From Candidatus Multivorans sp. (GTDB lineage Bacteria > Acidobacteriota > Thermoanaerobaculia > Multivoradales > Multivoraceae), in the NCBI GenBank assembly GCA_965224025.1, contig OZ245033.1, positions 2,720,001-2,784,000 of the forward strand: DNA of 64,000 nucleotides, in the 5' to 3' direction. The notes under the pieces were generated by a model. That model was not told the DNA's origin and did no database searches. It saw nothing but the letters and a program-made list of their open reading frames with translations. The translations under genes were made by a program, and so were the position numbers. The first letter of the stretch is position 1; each line of letters begins with the position of its first letter. Shown piece after piece: positions 19,066-31,149 of the stretch.

Positions 19066-20358
19066 ATGGCTGCGAAACACCGATTCCAGACCGTCAAGGG
19101 CATGCGGGACTTGGTGCCACCGCATGCGGACTACTTTGCCGCGGTGGAACAAGCCGCTCGGTCGGTGTTCAAGCTGTATGGCTACAACGAGTTGCGTACG
19201 CCCATCGTGGAGGACACCGAACTGTTTGTGCGCGGAGTCGGCGAGGGCAGCGAGATCGTCGGCAAGCAGATGTACACCTTCAGCGACAAGAAGGGCCGCA
19301 GCTTGACGCTTCGCCCGGAGAGCACGGCGGCCGTGGCGCGCGCCTACCTGCAGCACAACATGGGGTCCTGGCCGCAGCCGGTCAAGGTCTTTTACATGGG
19401 GCCCCACTTCCGCTACGAGCGGCCTCAGGCAGGGCGCTACCGCCAGTTCAGCCAGATTGGCGCCGAGTTGATCGGCGATCTGGGACCCTACAGCGATGTG
19501 GAGCTGCTCATCATGCTCCTCCGTTTCTTGTCGGAACTCGGCTTCGCGAACTTGGAAGTGAGGCTCAACTCGGTCGGCGATCCTGAATGCCGGGAGCGAT
19601 ACTCGCGGCGTCTGAGCGAGTACCTCGAACCCCACCGTGACGACCTAGGCGCGGACAGCAAGCGTCGCTTGGAGACGAATCCGCTTCGCATCCTGGACAC
19701 GAAGGTGCCGGACGAACGTCGCCTGCTGGAGGGTGCGCCGCCCCTAGTCGATGTACTCGGAGATCCGGCACGCCGACACTTCGATGTGCTGTGCGAGGAG
19801 CTTGGACGGTTGGGAGTAGAGTTTCAACCGGACGATCAGCTGGTTCGGGGTCTCGACTACTACACGCGGACTGTGTTCGAGATCACTTCGGCGGATCTGG
19901 GTGCCCAGAACGCGATCGTGGGCGGTGGCCGATACGACGGCCTCATTGCCGATCTGGGAGGAGCGAGCGTGCCGGGGATTGGCTTCGCGATCGGTGAAGA
20001 CCGACTGGTCTCGCTGCTTCTCGATACCCTTTGGGGCGGCAGTATCGGTAACGAGGTCCTTCAACAGCCAAGGGTATGTGTGGTTCCGGTAGGCGCTTCG
20101 TACCGTCGGCATGGACTTCAGTTGGCGCAGGAATTGCGCGACGCCGGCATCCCTGCGATCTGTGAGTTCGATGCCCTCAGGCCACTCAAGGTCGGTTTGA
20201 GGCAAGCCGGCCGCCGCGGTTGCCGGTGGATCGTGCTGATAGGCGAGGACGAGTTAGCCGCCGGCACCGTCGTCCTCCGGGACTTCAAGAACAGTACCCA
20301 GGAAACCATCCGACGCGACGAGTTCGTCGCCACCGTGAAGGCGAGAATTTCCGCCTGA
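19066..20358 (+). CDS. hisS: Histidine--tRNA ligase
   Basis: VKGMRD, LRPESTA, FRYERPQAGRYRQFSQ, LVRGLDYYTRT, GGGRYDGL. Confidence 0.97.
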   Translation: MAAKHRFQTVKGMRDLVPPHADYFAAVEQAARSVFKLYGYNELRTPIVEDTELFVRGVGEGSEIVGKQMYTFSDKKGRSLTLRPESTAAVARAYLQHNMGSWPQPVKVFYMGPHFRYERPQAGRYRQFSQIGAELIGDLGPYSDVELLIMLLRFLSELGFANLEVRLNSVGDPECRERYSRRLSEYLEPHRDDLGADSKRRLETNPLRILDTKVPDERRLLEGAPPLVDVLGDPARRHFDVLCEELGRLGVEFQPDDQLVRGLDYYTRTVFEITSADLGAQNAIVGGGRYDGLIADLGGASVPGIGFAIGEDRLVSLLLDTLWGGSIGNEVLQQPRVCVVPVGASYRRHGLQLAQELRDAGIPAICEFDALRPLKVGLRQAGRRGCRWIVLIGEDELAAGTVVLRDFKNSTQETIRRDEFVATVKARISA

Positions 20359-20414
20359 GTTGTGCGAGGATCCGCGGTTCGAGCCCGTAGGTGTTCCGAA
20401 CCAAGGAAGAACAC

Positions 20415-22175
<1,761 letters not shown>

Positions 22176-22178
<3 letters not shown>

Positions 22179-22339
22179 CAGCCCGTGGCGAAAGTCACGC
22201 TGCATTCGAACGGCGATGCATCACGCCTGACATCGTTGCTCCTCAGTCGAAGATGGCCCGATCTGCTCGTTCGTCGCGCCTTGTCAGCCGTGCGCCTCGC
22301 CGCTCTCGGTGCGACGCGAACTTCCGCCACGGGCTGCTA
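22176..22339. mobile_element. MITE-like non-autonomous element (~164 bp) with 20-bp terminal inverted repeats
   Basis: TAGCAGCCCGTGGCGAAAGT (22176-22195) vs ACTTCCGCCACGGGCTGCTA (22320-22339), one mismatch; TA at both ends. Confidence 0.8.
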
Positions 22340-22348
22340 GAGGTTGCC

Positions 22349-23524
22349 TTGGCCGAGCCCGCCGCGGATGGCCCGTATCGTCTGACTCTCACCCACTCCC
22401 GGGGCGTCAGCGAGATCCTCGTCGGCCCGGGTCTGCTGGCCGCGGGCGCCGAGGGCGCGCTTGGTGGCGTCGCGGACTGGTGCCGGGGCCGGGTCGCGTT
22501 CCTGGTGACGAGCGAGGCGCCGGATCGCCACTGCGGCGCCTCGGCACGCCGGTTGCTGGAGTCCGCGGGCGCGGCACGGGTCGAGACGATCGAAGTGCCC
22601 GACGGCGAGGCGGCGAAGACGGTCGAGTGCGCCGCTTCCGTCTGGCGGCAGATGCTTGAGCGCGGCGGCAAGCGCGACAGTCGCCTGGTGACCCTCGGCG
22701 GCGGCGCCGTGGGCGATCTCGGAGGTTTCGCCGCCGGCTGCTTCCTGCGCGGCATCGACTACAGCCAGATCCCGACCACGCTGCTGGCCCAGGTCGACGC
22801 CTCCGTCGGCGGCAAGACCGGCGTCGACCTGCCCGGCGGCAAGAACACGGTCGGCGCCTTCCACCATCCCCGTTTCGTCCTCGCCGACATCGACTGCCTA
22901 CGTACGCTGCCGCCCGGTGAGTTGCGGGCCGGGCTGTTCGAGGTCGTCAAGATGGCGGCGCTGCTCGATCTCAGTCTGCTGACGGTCGTGGAGGAGTCGC
23001 TGGAGGCGTTGCTGGCCGGAGATGCCGAGTGGCTGACGCCGGTGGTCGCTTCGTCGGTCCGGGCCAAGCTGCGCGTCGTCGCGGCGGACCTGGAGGAGGG
23101 GGACAGCCGGCGCCTGCTCAACTTCGGCCACACCTTGGGGCACGCAATCGAATCGGAGTGCGGCTACCGGGGCCTGCGTCACGGCGATGCGGTGGCTCAC
23201 GGCATGAGGTTCGCCCTGCGGCTTGCGGGTCGGCGCGGCATCGATCCGCGGTTCGCGGCGAGGCTCCTGGGCTTGATCGATCGGATGGGACCGCCCGCGC
23301 TCGCCGATGTGGAGCGTGATCTTGGCATTCGCCTCGACGTAGACCGCTTGATCGCCGCCATGGGGCGCGACAAAAAGGCGCGCGAGAGCGGTCTGGTCTG
23401 GATCCTGCCGGCCGAACCGGGTCGTGGCGAGATCGTCGCCGATCTCGATCCGGCGCTGGTGCGGAGTGAACTCCGGGCCTTCCTCGACGACTCCCGCGCC
23501 TCGTCGTCCGGGGGCGTGCCGTGA
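22349..23524 (+). CDS. aroB: 3-dehydroquinate synthase
   Basis: PDGEAAKT, LGGGAVGDLGGFAA, PTTLLAQVDASVGGKTG, LNFGHTLGHAIE, LRHGDAVA; TTG start inferred. Confidence 0.95.
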   Translation: MAEPAADGPYRLTLTHSRGVSEILVGPGLLAAGAEGALGGVADWCRGRVAFLVTSEAPDRHCGASARRLLESAGAARVETIEVPDGEAAKTVECAASVWRQMLERGGKRDSRLVTLGGGAVGDLGGFAAGCFLRGIDYSQIPTTLLAQVDASVGGKTGVDLPGGKNTVGAFHHPRFVLADIDCLRTLPPGELRAGLFEVVKMAALLDLSLLTVVEESLEALLAGDAEWLTPVVASSVRAKLRVVAADLEEGDSRRLLNFGHTLGHAIESECGYRGLRHGDAVAHGMRFALRLAGRRGIDPRFAARLLGLIDRMGPPALADVERDLGIRLDVDRLIAAMGRDKKARESGLVWILPAEPGRGEIVADLDPALVRSELRAFLDDSRASSSGGVP

Positions 23525-24516
23525 GCGTGGAAATCGGCGGTAGCGGTGCGGCCGCGCCGGCGGTCGAGGACGAGGCGCGCGAATCGCGGGAATCCGGAAG
23601 GGGTGGCCTGTGGAACCGGCTGCGGCGGGGCTTGGGCCGCACCCGGAAGGGACTCGTCGGCCGCATCGGCACCGCGCTTGGAGGCGCCGCGCGGATTGAC
23701 GAGGACGTGCTGGAGCGGCTCGAGGAGACGCTGATCGAGTCGGACCTCGGGGTCGAGACCTCGCTCGAACTCGTCGAGCGGTTGCGTCAGGCGGGAGACT
23801 CGGGGCCGATCGCCGCCGGCGACGAGTTCGCGCTCCGGCAGTTGCTGGTCGACGAAGTGGCGGTTCTGCTGCTCGACGCGCCGCCCGCGGCGCTGCCGGC
23901 GACCCCGCGCATCACGCTGATGGTGGGCGTCAACGGTTCGGGCAAGACGACCTCCGCCGCCAAGCTGGCGCAGGCGTCCCTGGCTCGCGGCGAGAAGGTC
24001 CTCTTCGCGGCCGGCGACACGTTTCGTGCCGCGGCCGCGGAGCAACTCGGGGTCTGGGGCGAGCGGCTGGGCATCGAGGTCGTCCGTCGCCCGTCGGGCG
24101 GCGACCCGGCGGCGCTCGTCTTCGACGCCGTCCAGGCGGCCACAGCACGCGGCATCGATCATCTGATCGTCGACACGGCGGGCCGCCTCCACACCCGCGG
24201 TCAACTGATGGAGGAACTGTCGAAGGTCCACCGCGTTGCGCGGCGCGCGGCCGGCGACACGTGGAACATCTTCACCCTCCTGGTTGTGGACGCCGGCAAC
24301 GGTCACAACGCGCTGGTGCAGGCGCGCGAGTTCGGGGCGACGGTTCCGATCGACGCCGTGTTCCTGGCCAAGCTCGACGGCACGGCCAAGGGCGGCATGG
24401 CAGTGGCGATCGCCCGCGATCTGCGCCTGCCGGTCGCCTACCTCGGTGTGGGCGAGGGGGTTGAGGACATCGTCGACTACAAGCCGCGGCCGTTTGCGGC
24501 CGCCCTGTTCGGGTGA
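23521..24516 (+). CDS. ftsY: Signal recognition particle receptor FtsY
   Basis: GVNGSGKTT, DTFRAAA, DTAGRLH, KLDGTAKGG, GVGEGVEDI. Confidence 0.96.
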   Translation: MSVEIGGSGAAAPAVEDEARESRESGRGGLWNRLRRGLGRTRKGLVGRIGTALGGAARIDEDVLERLEETLIESDLGVETSLELVERLRQAGDSGPIAAGDEFALRQLLVDEVAVLLLDAPPAALPATPRITLMVGVNGSGKTTSAAKLAQASLARGEKVLFAAGDTFRAAAAEQLGVWGERLGIEVVRRPSGGDPAALVFDAVQAATARGIDHLIVDTAGRLHTRGQLMEELSKVHRVARRAAGDTWNIFTLLVVDAGNGHNALVQAREFGATVPIDAVFLAKLDGTAKGGMAVAIARDLRLPVAYLGVGEGVEDIVDYKPRPFAAALFG

Positions 24517-25706
24517 GCGCGATGGTCGCTGGAGCAGTTGGGGCCAACGGAGAGGGCGATCGTTTCGACGACGCGGATCGAGTGGCGATGGCCCGCGCGC
24601 TGACCCTGGCGCGCCGCGGCCGGTTCACCACGGCGCCGAACCCGATGGTCGGCGCGGTGGTCCTGCGGGACGGCGAGATCGTCGGCGCCGGCTGGCACCG
24701 CCGGGCCGGCGGGGAGCACGCCGAGGCGATGGCGCTGTCCGCGGCGGGCGACCTGGCCGTCGGTGCAACCGTCTACGTGACCTTGGAGCCCTGCAACCAC
24801 CAGGGTCGCACGCCGCCCTGCGCCCGCGGCATCCTGGAGGCTGGTGTGGACCGCGTGGTCTACGCGCACCGCGACCCGAACCCGGAGGTGACCGGCGGCG
24901 GTGCCGACCGGCTGCGGGCCGCCGGCCTCCGCGTCGAGAGCGGGCTGCTGGCGGAGGAGGCGGTCGAGTTGAACGTGCCCTTTTTGACCGGTCTCCTGCA
25001 TCGACGGCCCGCCGTGACGCTGAAGTGGGCGATGAGCCTGGACGGCCGGATCGCGACGGCGAGCGGCGACAGCCAGTGGATCTCGTCGCCGCGCGGCCGG
25101 CTGTGGGCGCTCGAACTGCGCGAGGAACACCAGGCGATCGTGGTGGGCAGCGGCACCGCGCTGGCCGACGATCCGCGTCTCAACCGGCGGCTGGGTCGGG
25201 CCGAGGGGCCGATCGTGCGGGTGGTGCTCGATCGGCGGTTGCGGCTGTCCCCCGGGGCGCAGATGTTCGAGGTCGAGGGGCCGGTCGTCGTTTACACGGC
25301 GCAACCGGAAGGTGCTGAGGGCGAGGGTGCAACGGAATGGGCCAAGCGGCGCGACCGTCTGCGCGACGCGGGCGCCGATGTCGTCGTGCTCGAGGCCGTG
25401 GAGCCGGCTGCGGTGCTGGCAGACCTGCGCGGGCGCGGCGTGTCGCACGTGCTCGTCGAGGGCGGCGCCGGGGTCCTGGCGGCGTTCGCGTCCTCGGATG
25501 TCTGGGATCGCGCTGCGGTGTGCTGCGCGCCGCTTCTGATCGGTGGCACAGAAGCCCCGGGTCCGCTCGGCGGTGCCGGTGTGGAGCGGCTGACGGAAGC
25601 GTGGCGCCTGGGCCGCTTGAGAGTGCGGCAGCGCGGCCCGGATGTGATTCTCGTAGGCTACAGGCAGGGATGTTTACCGGAATTATCCAAGAGCGTGGCC
25701 GGGTAG
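24513..25706 (+). CDS. ribD: Riboflavin biosynthesis deaminase/reductase RibD
   Basis: PNPMVGAV, HAE, TLEPCNHQGRTPPC, SLDGRIA, DDPRL, VEGG. Confidence 0.96.
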   Translation: MSAMVAGAVGANGEGDRFDDADRVAMARALTLARRGRFTTAPNPMVGAVVLRDGEIVGAGWHRRAGGEHAEAMALSAAGDLAVGATVYVTLEPCNHQGRTPPCARGILEAGVDRVVYAHRDPNPEVTGGGADRLRAAGLRVESGLLAEEAVELNVPFLTGLLHRRPAVTLKWAMSLDGRIATASGDSQWISSPRGRLWALELREEHQAIVVGSGTALADDPRLNRRLGRAEGPIVRVVLDRRLRLSPGAQMFEVEGPVVVYTAQPEGAEGEGATEWAKRRDRLRDAGADVVVLEAVEPAAVLADLRGRGVSHVLVEGGAGVLAAFASSDVWDRAAVCCAPLLIGGTEAPGPLGGAGVERLTEAWRLGRLRVRQRGPDVILVGYRQGCLPELSKSVAG

Positions 25707-26344
25707 TCGAGGGCCCCGGAGCTTCGCGGAGCCACGGTGCTCGCGTGGTGGTCGGGCACTCCCAGGAGCTCGCATCGCAGCTGGGTTCGGGGGCCAGTCT
25801 CTCGGTTTCCGGCGTGTGCCTGACCGTGGTGGAGCAGGGCGGTGCGAACGACGTTCCGGGTACCGGCGCGGTGAGCGGTGAGCTCGCGGCCTGGTCCGCC
25901 TTCGACCTGTCTCCGGAAACCCTGAGCCGGACCACCCTGGGAGCGCTTGAGGACGGCGACGAGGTGAACCTGGAAGCGCCGCTTGCCGCCGGTGACCCTC
26001 TTGGCGGACACCTGGTCCAGGGACACGTCGACACGACGACCCGCGTGGTGAAGGTCGAGGAACTGGGGGACAACCGGGTCATTACGTTCGAGGTGCCTCA
26101 AGAGCTGGCGTCGGGAATGGTGGAGAAAGGCAGCGTGACGATCGACGGCGTCAGCCTGACGATCGCTGCGCTGGACGAAGAGACCTTCGACGTGGCCCTG
26201 ATTCCGCACACGCTCGAGGTCACGACTCTGGGGAACCTGGAGCCCGGCGACCAAGTCAACGTCGAGGGCGACATCCTCGCCAGGTACGTTCAGAAGTCGG
26301 TCGAAGCCGCGGTCGCTGCGGCGCTTGGTTCGAACAAGCGTTGA
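25670..26344 (+). CDS. ribE: Riboflavin synthase
   Basis: MFTGII N-terminus, GVCLTV, GGHLVQGHVD, KGSVTIDGVSLT, IPHT. Confidence 0.96.
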   Translation: MFTGIIQERGRVVEGPGASRSHGARVVVGHSQELASQLGSGASLSVSGVCLTVVEQGGANDVPGTGAVSGELAAWSAFDLSPETLSRTTLGALEDGDEVNLEAPLAAGDPLGGHLVQGHVDTTTRVVKVEELGDNRVITFEVPQELASGMVEKGSVTIDGVSLTIAALDEETFDVALIPHTLEVTTLGNLEPGDQVNVEGDILARYVQKSVEAAVAAALGSNKR

Positions 26345-26419
26345 GCGCCCTCTCCAAGCCGTTGTTTACAGCAGAGCCGCACATCGCTGCCGACGCCGTA
26401 TCTCTGGGTGCGCGGGCCT

Positions 26420-26445
26420 GTAGCCGCGGGTCTTCTGACCCGCGG
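26420..26445 (+). repeat. GTAG-type REP-like palindrome
   Basis: GTAG followed by perfect hairpin CCGCGGGTC-TTCT-GACCCGCGG in intergenic DNA. Confidence 0.5.
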
Positions 26446-26531
26446 AGAATGCGCGCGATGCTGCGAAGCGGCGAGCCCGAGTTGTTTCGGGAGTCCGTGC
26501 GTCCGCCCGAGATTCGAACTGGAACCGCGCC

Positions 26532-27539
26532 GTGACCCCACTCACACTCCGGGAGCACGTTGCCGAACCGGCGAACCTCTGGATCCGCCACAGCTTCTCC
26601 CGTTGGCCCGCGGAGGGCGGCGACGACCTCTGGTGCGACCTAGCCACTGGCGGCTTGCCGCCGTCGACCGCCGGCCCGTTGCCGGCCGCCGCCAAGGCCG
26701 CCGAAGGGGTGCGTTCGGTGACCGATGTCGTCTACGTTCCGCCGCTCCCGGCGGACCACGAGTACCTCCGCACGCGCGTCGTCGAGGCCGCGGCCGAGGC
26801 TGGAGTGCCTCTCCTGATTCAGGTTGTGGGAACCATCCCTGCCGGCGGATCGAGCCTGCGCGAGCTGGCTGCGCCGGGACTCGCCGATCTTCCCGCCAAC
26901 GCCGTCGTCGCGGTCGATCTCCTCGACGTCCTGGTCCGCCACGCCGCCGCCCTGCGTGAAGAGCTCAGGGAGCGCCGGCAGCCGAGCCTGCCCTTCGAGC
27001 CCGCGCCGCTTCAGGACGTGACCGTGGTCTGGCCGCTCGTCACCGACTGGACCGACCAGCCGGCTCTTCTCGGGCCGGCGATGGCCCGGCTCGCGGCCGC
27101 CAGCGCCCGCCGCGTCGTGCCGCGCGGCATGCAGCTTGGGGCCCGCGAACGTCGCCTGCTCTCCGAACGTCTGCAGTCGACCTGGCCCGAGGCTTTCGAC
27201 GCTCTGTTTCACGGCGACGATTCCCACCCGGACCAGTCGGCCTTCCGTACCGCTGCAGAGGCAGCAGGCCTCGAGCCCCGCTTGCCAAGGCCCCTGCCCT
27301 CGCCACCTCTACCGGCCAGGCTCCGCCGCGCTCGCGAACTCGCCGGCCACCTAATCGAACTCGGCGACTCCGCCGGCTCCGCTGGAGACGCCTACTACCG
27401 CGCCGCCCGTTTCGTCGACCGCAACGAAGTCGACATCGAGGCCGCCGCCCGGGAAGACAACCTCGGCGTCTTGCCCTGGCTCGAGGAACCGGTGAAGCGG
27501 TCGGTGGAGCAGTGGCTGACCGCGCCGCGCGGCGGCTGA
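26532..27539 (+). CDS. Hypothetical protein, possible degenerate SplB-like radical-SAM barrel plus C-terminal PolX 8-kDa (HHH_8)-like helical domain
   Basis: VVWPLVTDWTD…RLAAASARRVV; C-term ELAGHLIELGD…AYYRAARFVD…DIEAAAREDNLGVLP; no CxxxCxxC. Confidence 0.5.
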   Translation: MTPLTLREHVAEPANLWIRHSFSRWPAEGGDDLWCDLATGGLPPSTAGPLPAAAKAAEGVRSVTDVVYVPPLPADHEYLRTRVVEAAAEAGVPLLIQVVGTIPAGGSSLRELAAPGLADLPANAVVAVDLLDVLVRHAAALREELRERRQPSLPFEPAPLQDVTVVWPLVTDWTDQPALLGPAMARLAAASARRVVPRGMQLGARERRLLSERLQSTWPEAFDALFHGDDSHPDQSAFRTAAEAAGLEPRLPRPLPSPPLPARLRRARELAGHLIELGDSAGSAGDAYYRAARFVDRNEVDIEAAAREDNLGVLPWLEEPVKRSVEQWLTAPRGG

Positions 27540-27545
27540 CCCGTC

Positions 27546-28205
27546 ATGCACCTGGTCGTCTTCGATGTGGACGGAACCCTGGTCGAGTCCGAGGACTTCG
27601 ACGGGACTCTCTACGCCCGGGCGATTCGGAACGTGCTGAAGATCGACGTCGACGAGGACTGGTCCGGGTATCGCCATGTGACGGACAGCGGCATCCTGAA
27701 CGAGGTCCTGGAACGCAGCGGAATCGGTCTCGATCGCGCCCTCGCGCACGCCTCCGTCAAGAGCGACTTCGTCGGCCTCATGGACAGATACCTCGCCGAC
27801 CGCGGCAATCAGCTACCGGAAGTCCCTGGCGCCCGCGCCTTCGTTGACCGGCTAAGCGCCCATCAAGGCTTCCATGTCGCCGTCGCCACCGGCGGCTGGA
27901 AGGAGACAGCCGCAAAGAAGCTCCGGGCTATCGGCCTCGATCCCGAAACGTTCGCCCTGTCCTCCGGTTCCGACGCCATCAGCCGCGTCGAGATCATGCA
28001 GATCGCCGCCCACCGCGCCCTGACCGGCAGGCTGGCCGACCGAAAGACCTACTTCGGCAACCGCCCGTGGGACAGGGACGCGAGTCGTCGGTTGGGCTGG
28101 GACTTCATCGGCATCGGCAGGGATGTCGAGCACAGTACCCGGCTCGACGACTTCCGGGATGAGGAGTCGCTAGCGAAGGCATTGGGTTGGTCCACGACCT
28201 GGTAG
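27546..28205 (+). CDS. HAD-superfamily hydrolase
   Basis: VFDVDGTLV motif I, VATGG motif II, YFGNRPWD motif IV variant. Confidence 0.88.
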   Translation: MHLVVFDVDGTLVESEDFDGTLYARAIRNVLKIDVDEDWSGYRHVTDSGILNEVLERSGIGLDRALAHASVKSDFVGLMDRYLADRGNQLPEVPGARAFVDRLSAHQGFHVAVATGGWKETAAKKLRAIGLDPETFALSSGSDAISRVEIMQIAAHRALTGRLADRKTYFGNRPWDRDASRRLGWDFIGIGRDVEHSTRLDDFRDEESLAKALGWSTTW

Positions 28206-30150
28206 CTGGTCTTAGGAACACGGTAGACAACCGTCATCGGTCGAAGCGCCCGAGTGCATCTCGGACCTCAAAGACCCCATCGATACAGAGACGGTCGATG
28301 AGGTCCAGCAAGCGGGGCCCCCACTCGTCGGTCTGGTGCTGCTGGTACGTTCGGAAGATGAGCTTGGTCACGGTTCCTCTTGAGCGGGCGACTTCACCCC
28401 GGAATGTGTCCAGGAAGCGCTTGCAGACCATGCACGTGAGGCCAGGCAGGCGTCTGCGCGACTCCTCGAGGACCAGGAGGAGAGGTCCCGGGAGACTCTT
28501 GAAGGCTGCGCTCTTGGAGAAGTCGTCGATGAGTTTCTCGTACTCCTCGAGGGGCGCTCCTTCGAGGTGACGGAAGCAAGAAGCGGCTTGGCGCTGCACG
28601 TCCTCGTCCTCATCTCCGAAGAAACGGAGGAGTCGGTCCTCGCACCAGTCGCGGCACTCACGGTTTCCGATGTTGGCCGCAGCGACCTTGGCGAGGCCGA
28701 GTCGATGCCGGGAGGTCAGACTGATCGCCTCATTGGCCAGGTCCTTATCGCCCGGCTGCAGCAGAGCCGCGATTCCAGCATGTGTGCTACCGGCCTCGCA
28801 GACTTCGGGTTCGGAAGATTGGAGCATGCGTTCAACTACAGGTCGGATCTCGGCCAAGTCCTCCCTTAGGGCGAGACGGATAAGGGGACGCGCGTGTTGG
28901 GTTGCCAGGACTCGGTCGTCGGACAAGGTTGCCCCCAGAAAGAGTCGCAGTCCCATCTTCGGTTTGTGATGAGCAACTGCTGTGAGGGTAGCGAGGACAC
29001 AGGACATGACGGCGGTACTACGGTCCTTGATCATCTGGTCCAGAGTGGCGCGGAAGGCGTTGATGCAAGTCGCGTCTTCGGAAATCACCTTCGCCATCGC
29101 GTACGCTGCATTCCCCCGCGTCGAGTTGAGCCCGCATGTGAGAATGTCGCCGCCCCAGTTGTGGCCGCCCTGGGGTGCTTTCTTCTGCCAACTCTCTTCG
29201 GCGGGGTCCTCGTGTTCGGTCGCAAGGTAGTGCAGCATGCGGATGGCATCCTCTGACGACGGAGACTCGAGGTTTCCGAGGACGTCGGCTACGGCCCTGC
29301 CGCAAAGTCCTGGCGATGCCTTGAGCGCCTTCTGACACACCTCGACCTTGAGTCCGCTCTCGACGGAGGATTCCCGCAAGCCGCGTAGCACGCCCTCAAA
29401 GTAGGTGGGGGGGGCGTGTTCGAGGGGAATAGCAGGGCCAGACGGGCAAACCGCTCTGGTTCTTCTTTGGCGCGGCCTCGAAGAACGTCCGCTAGCTCGG
29501 ACGAGCCGCTGAGGAAGTCGGCCCCAGAAGAGTGGGCGTGGCCTTCGGACGAGTGTTTGCTGATGGCACGGAGCCAGTGCTCGTCGGTCATTTTCTTTGC
29601 CGAAGTCTCGTCGATCGGAGATCGGACATGGGCGACCGTTGGTTGCTGAGGTGCGGTCGGTGGGTCGCGGAACTTCCGCGACAGTTCTCGCAGGCGTTTG
29701 TGTACTCGGGAGCTGCGAAGTTCCTCGGGGATCGCCGAAAGAAGGGCAAACTGGGACCGACCGAACTGCTTGTAGCCTCCGGTGGTGCCTTCAAAGGCAT
29801 TCACATACGAGAGGAAGGTGTCCTCGAGTCTTCGGCGATTCTCCTCTTCGCAGTACGGGAACGCCACGCGAACGAGTTCCATCGCGTACCAATACTGCTG
29901 GCTGCGGTACCAGCAACTGAGACGCCAGGGTTCTTCGCATAGCAAGGAGGCGGCCTCATTCGCGTATCGCTCAGGGCGGGCGGCGTACAGAACGAGGAGC
30001 AGTCGGTTGGACGTGTTCGTTTCTCGCTGCCGAAGTTGCCGAACGACTTCGGTCAGGTCGGTTTCGTCTTGAGCAAGGGCTACGAGCGCTCGCTCTAGTC
30101 CGCTGAGGCACGGAACCTGTCAACGACATTGACACAGCGGGGTTCAGGAT

Positions 30151-31149
30151 TTACTGAGTGGTCTCTGCAGTCTCGTTGTCGGGCTTGTTGATCCAGACGG
30201 CCCGGGGCAGTGGCGTGTGCATCGGTTGGCCGCCGACGAATCGTTCGGGTGAGCTCTCCCAGGCGGCGCTCAGCGTGCGTTGGCGCTGCTCGATGACGGC
30301 TTGCGCCCGGCCGTAGTGGACGGTCTGGGGAGTCAGCATGGCGATGCCGGCATGGCGGTGTTCGGTGTTGTACCAGGGGAAGAAGGACCTGCAGTAGTCG
30401 GTCGCGGCGTCCTGGCAGTTGAAGCGGCTGGGGAAGTCGGGGTGGTACTTGAGGGTCTTGAACTGTGCTTCGGAGTAGGGGTTGTCGTCGCTGACCCGCG
30501 GTCGGCCCAGGGAGCGGTTCACGCCGAGGCGGGCGAGCAGTTGGGCGGTGCCCTGGCTGGTCATGGGGGCGCCTCGATCGGAATGCAGGGTCAGGACATG
30601 GGGCTTGACGCCGTGCTTGAGGCAGGTCTCCTCGATGAGCCTTTGGGCGAGCGCGGAGTTCTCGCGGTCGGCGACCATCCAGCCGACCGCGTAGCGGCTG
30701 AAGAGGTCAAGCAGGACGTAGAGGTAGTAGTAGGTCCAGGTCTGCGGTCCGAGCAGCCTGGTGATGTCCCACGACCAGACCTGGTTGGGCGCGACAGCGA
30801 CCAACTCCGGCTTGGCGTACGACGGATGGACGCGCTGATTGCGGCGGTCCCTCACGGGGTGGTTCGCTTCGAGGATGCGGTACATCGTGCGCTCCGAGCA
30901 CAGGTAGCGGCCCTCGTCGAGCAGGGTGGCCACCACTTCTCCCGGCGAACGATCGACGAAACGCGGCGACGCAAGCGTGGCCTCGACCCGTTTCCGCTCG
31001 ATCTGGCTCAGTGCCCGGGCAGGCGTGGGGCGGGGCTGCCGTCGCCCGGGAGCGGGCCTCGCACGACGATAGAAGGTCGATCGCGACACGCCCAGCGCCC
31101 GGCACGCCGGCGCGATGCCGACCTGCCGGGCCAGGGACCTTGCCGCCAT
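30151..31149 (-). CDS. IS3 OrfB integrase-core (DDE) transposase
   Basis: PNQVWSWDIT, LDLFSRYAVGW, LHSDRG, DNPYSEAQFKTLKY, WYNTEHRH. Confidence 0.93.
   Translation of the reverse strand: MAARSLARQVGIAPACRALGVSRSTFYRRARPAPGRRQPRPTPARALSQIERKRVEATLASPRFVDRSPGEVVATLLDEGRYLCSERTMYRILEANHPVRDRRNQRVHPSYAKPELVAVAPNQVWSWDITRLLGPQTWTYYYLYVLLDLFSRYAVGWMVADRENSALAQRLIEETCLKHGVKPHVLTLHSDRGAPMTSQGTAQLLARLGVNRSLGRPRVSDDNPYSEAQFKTLKYHPDFPSRFNCQDAATDYCRSFFPWYNTEHRHAGIAMLTPQTVHYGRAQAVIEQRQRTLSAAWESSPERFVGGQPMHTPLPRAVWINKPDNETAETTQ

Noticed and set aside
20010-20240. More AT-rich codons in the hisS 3' region as a recombined segment
   Set aside because: Impression by eye only; the frame is intact and it cannot be supported without a codon-usage calculation
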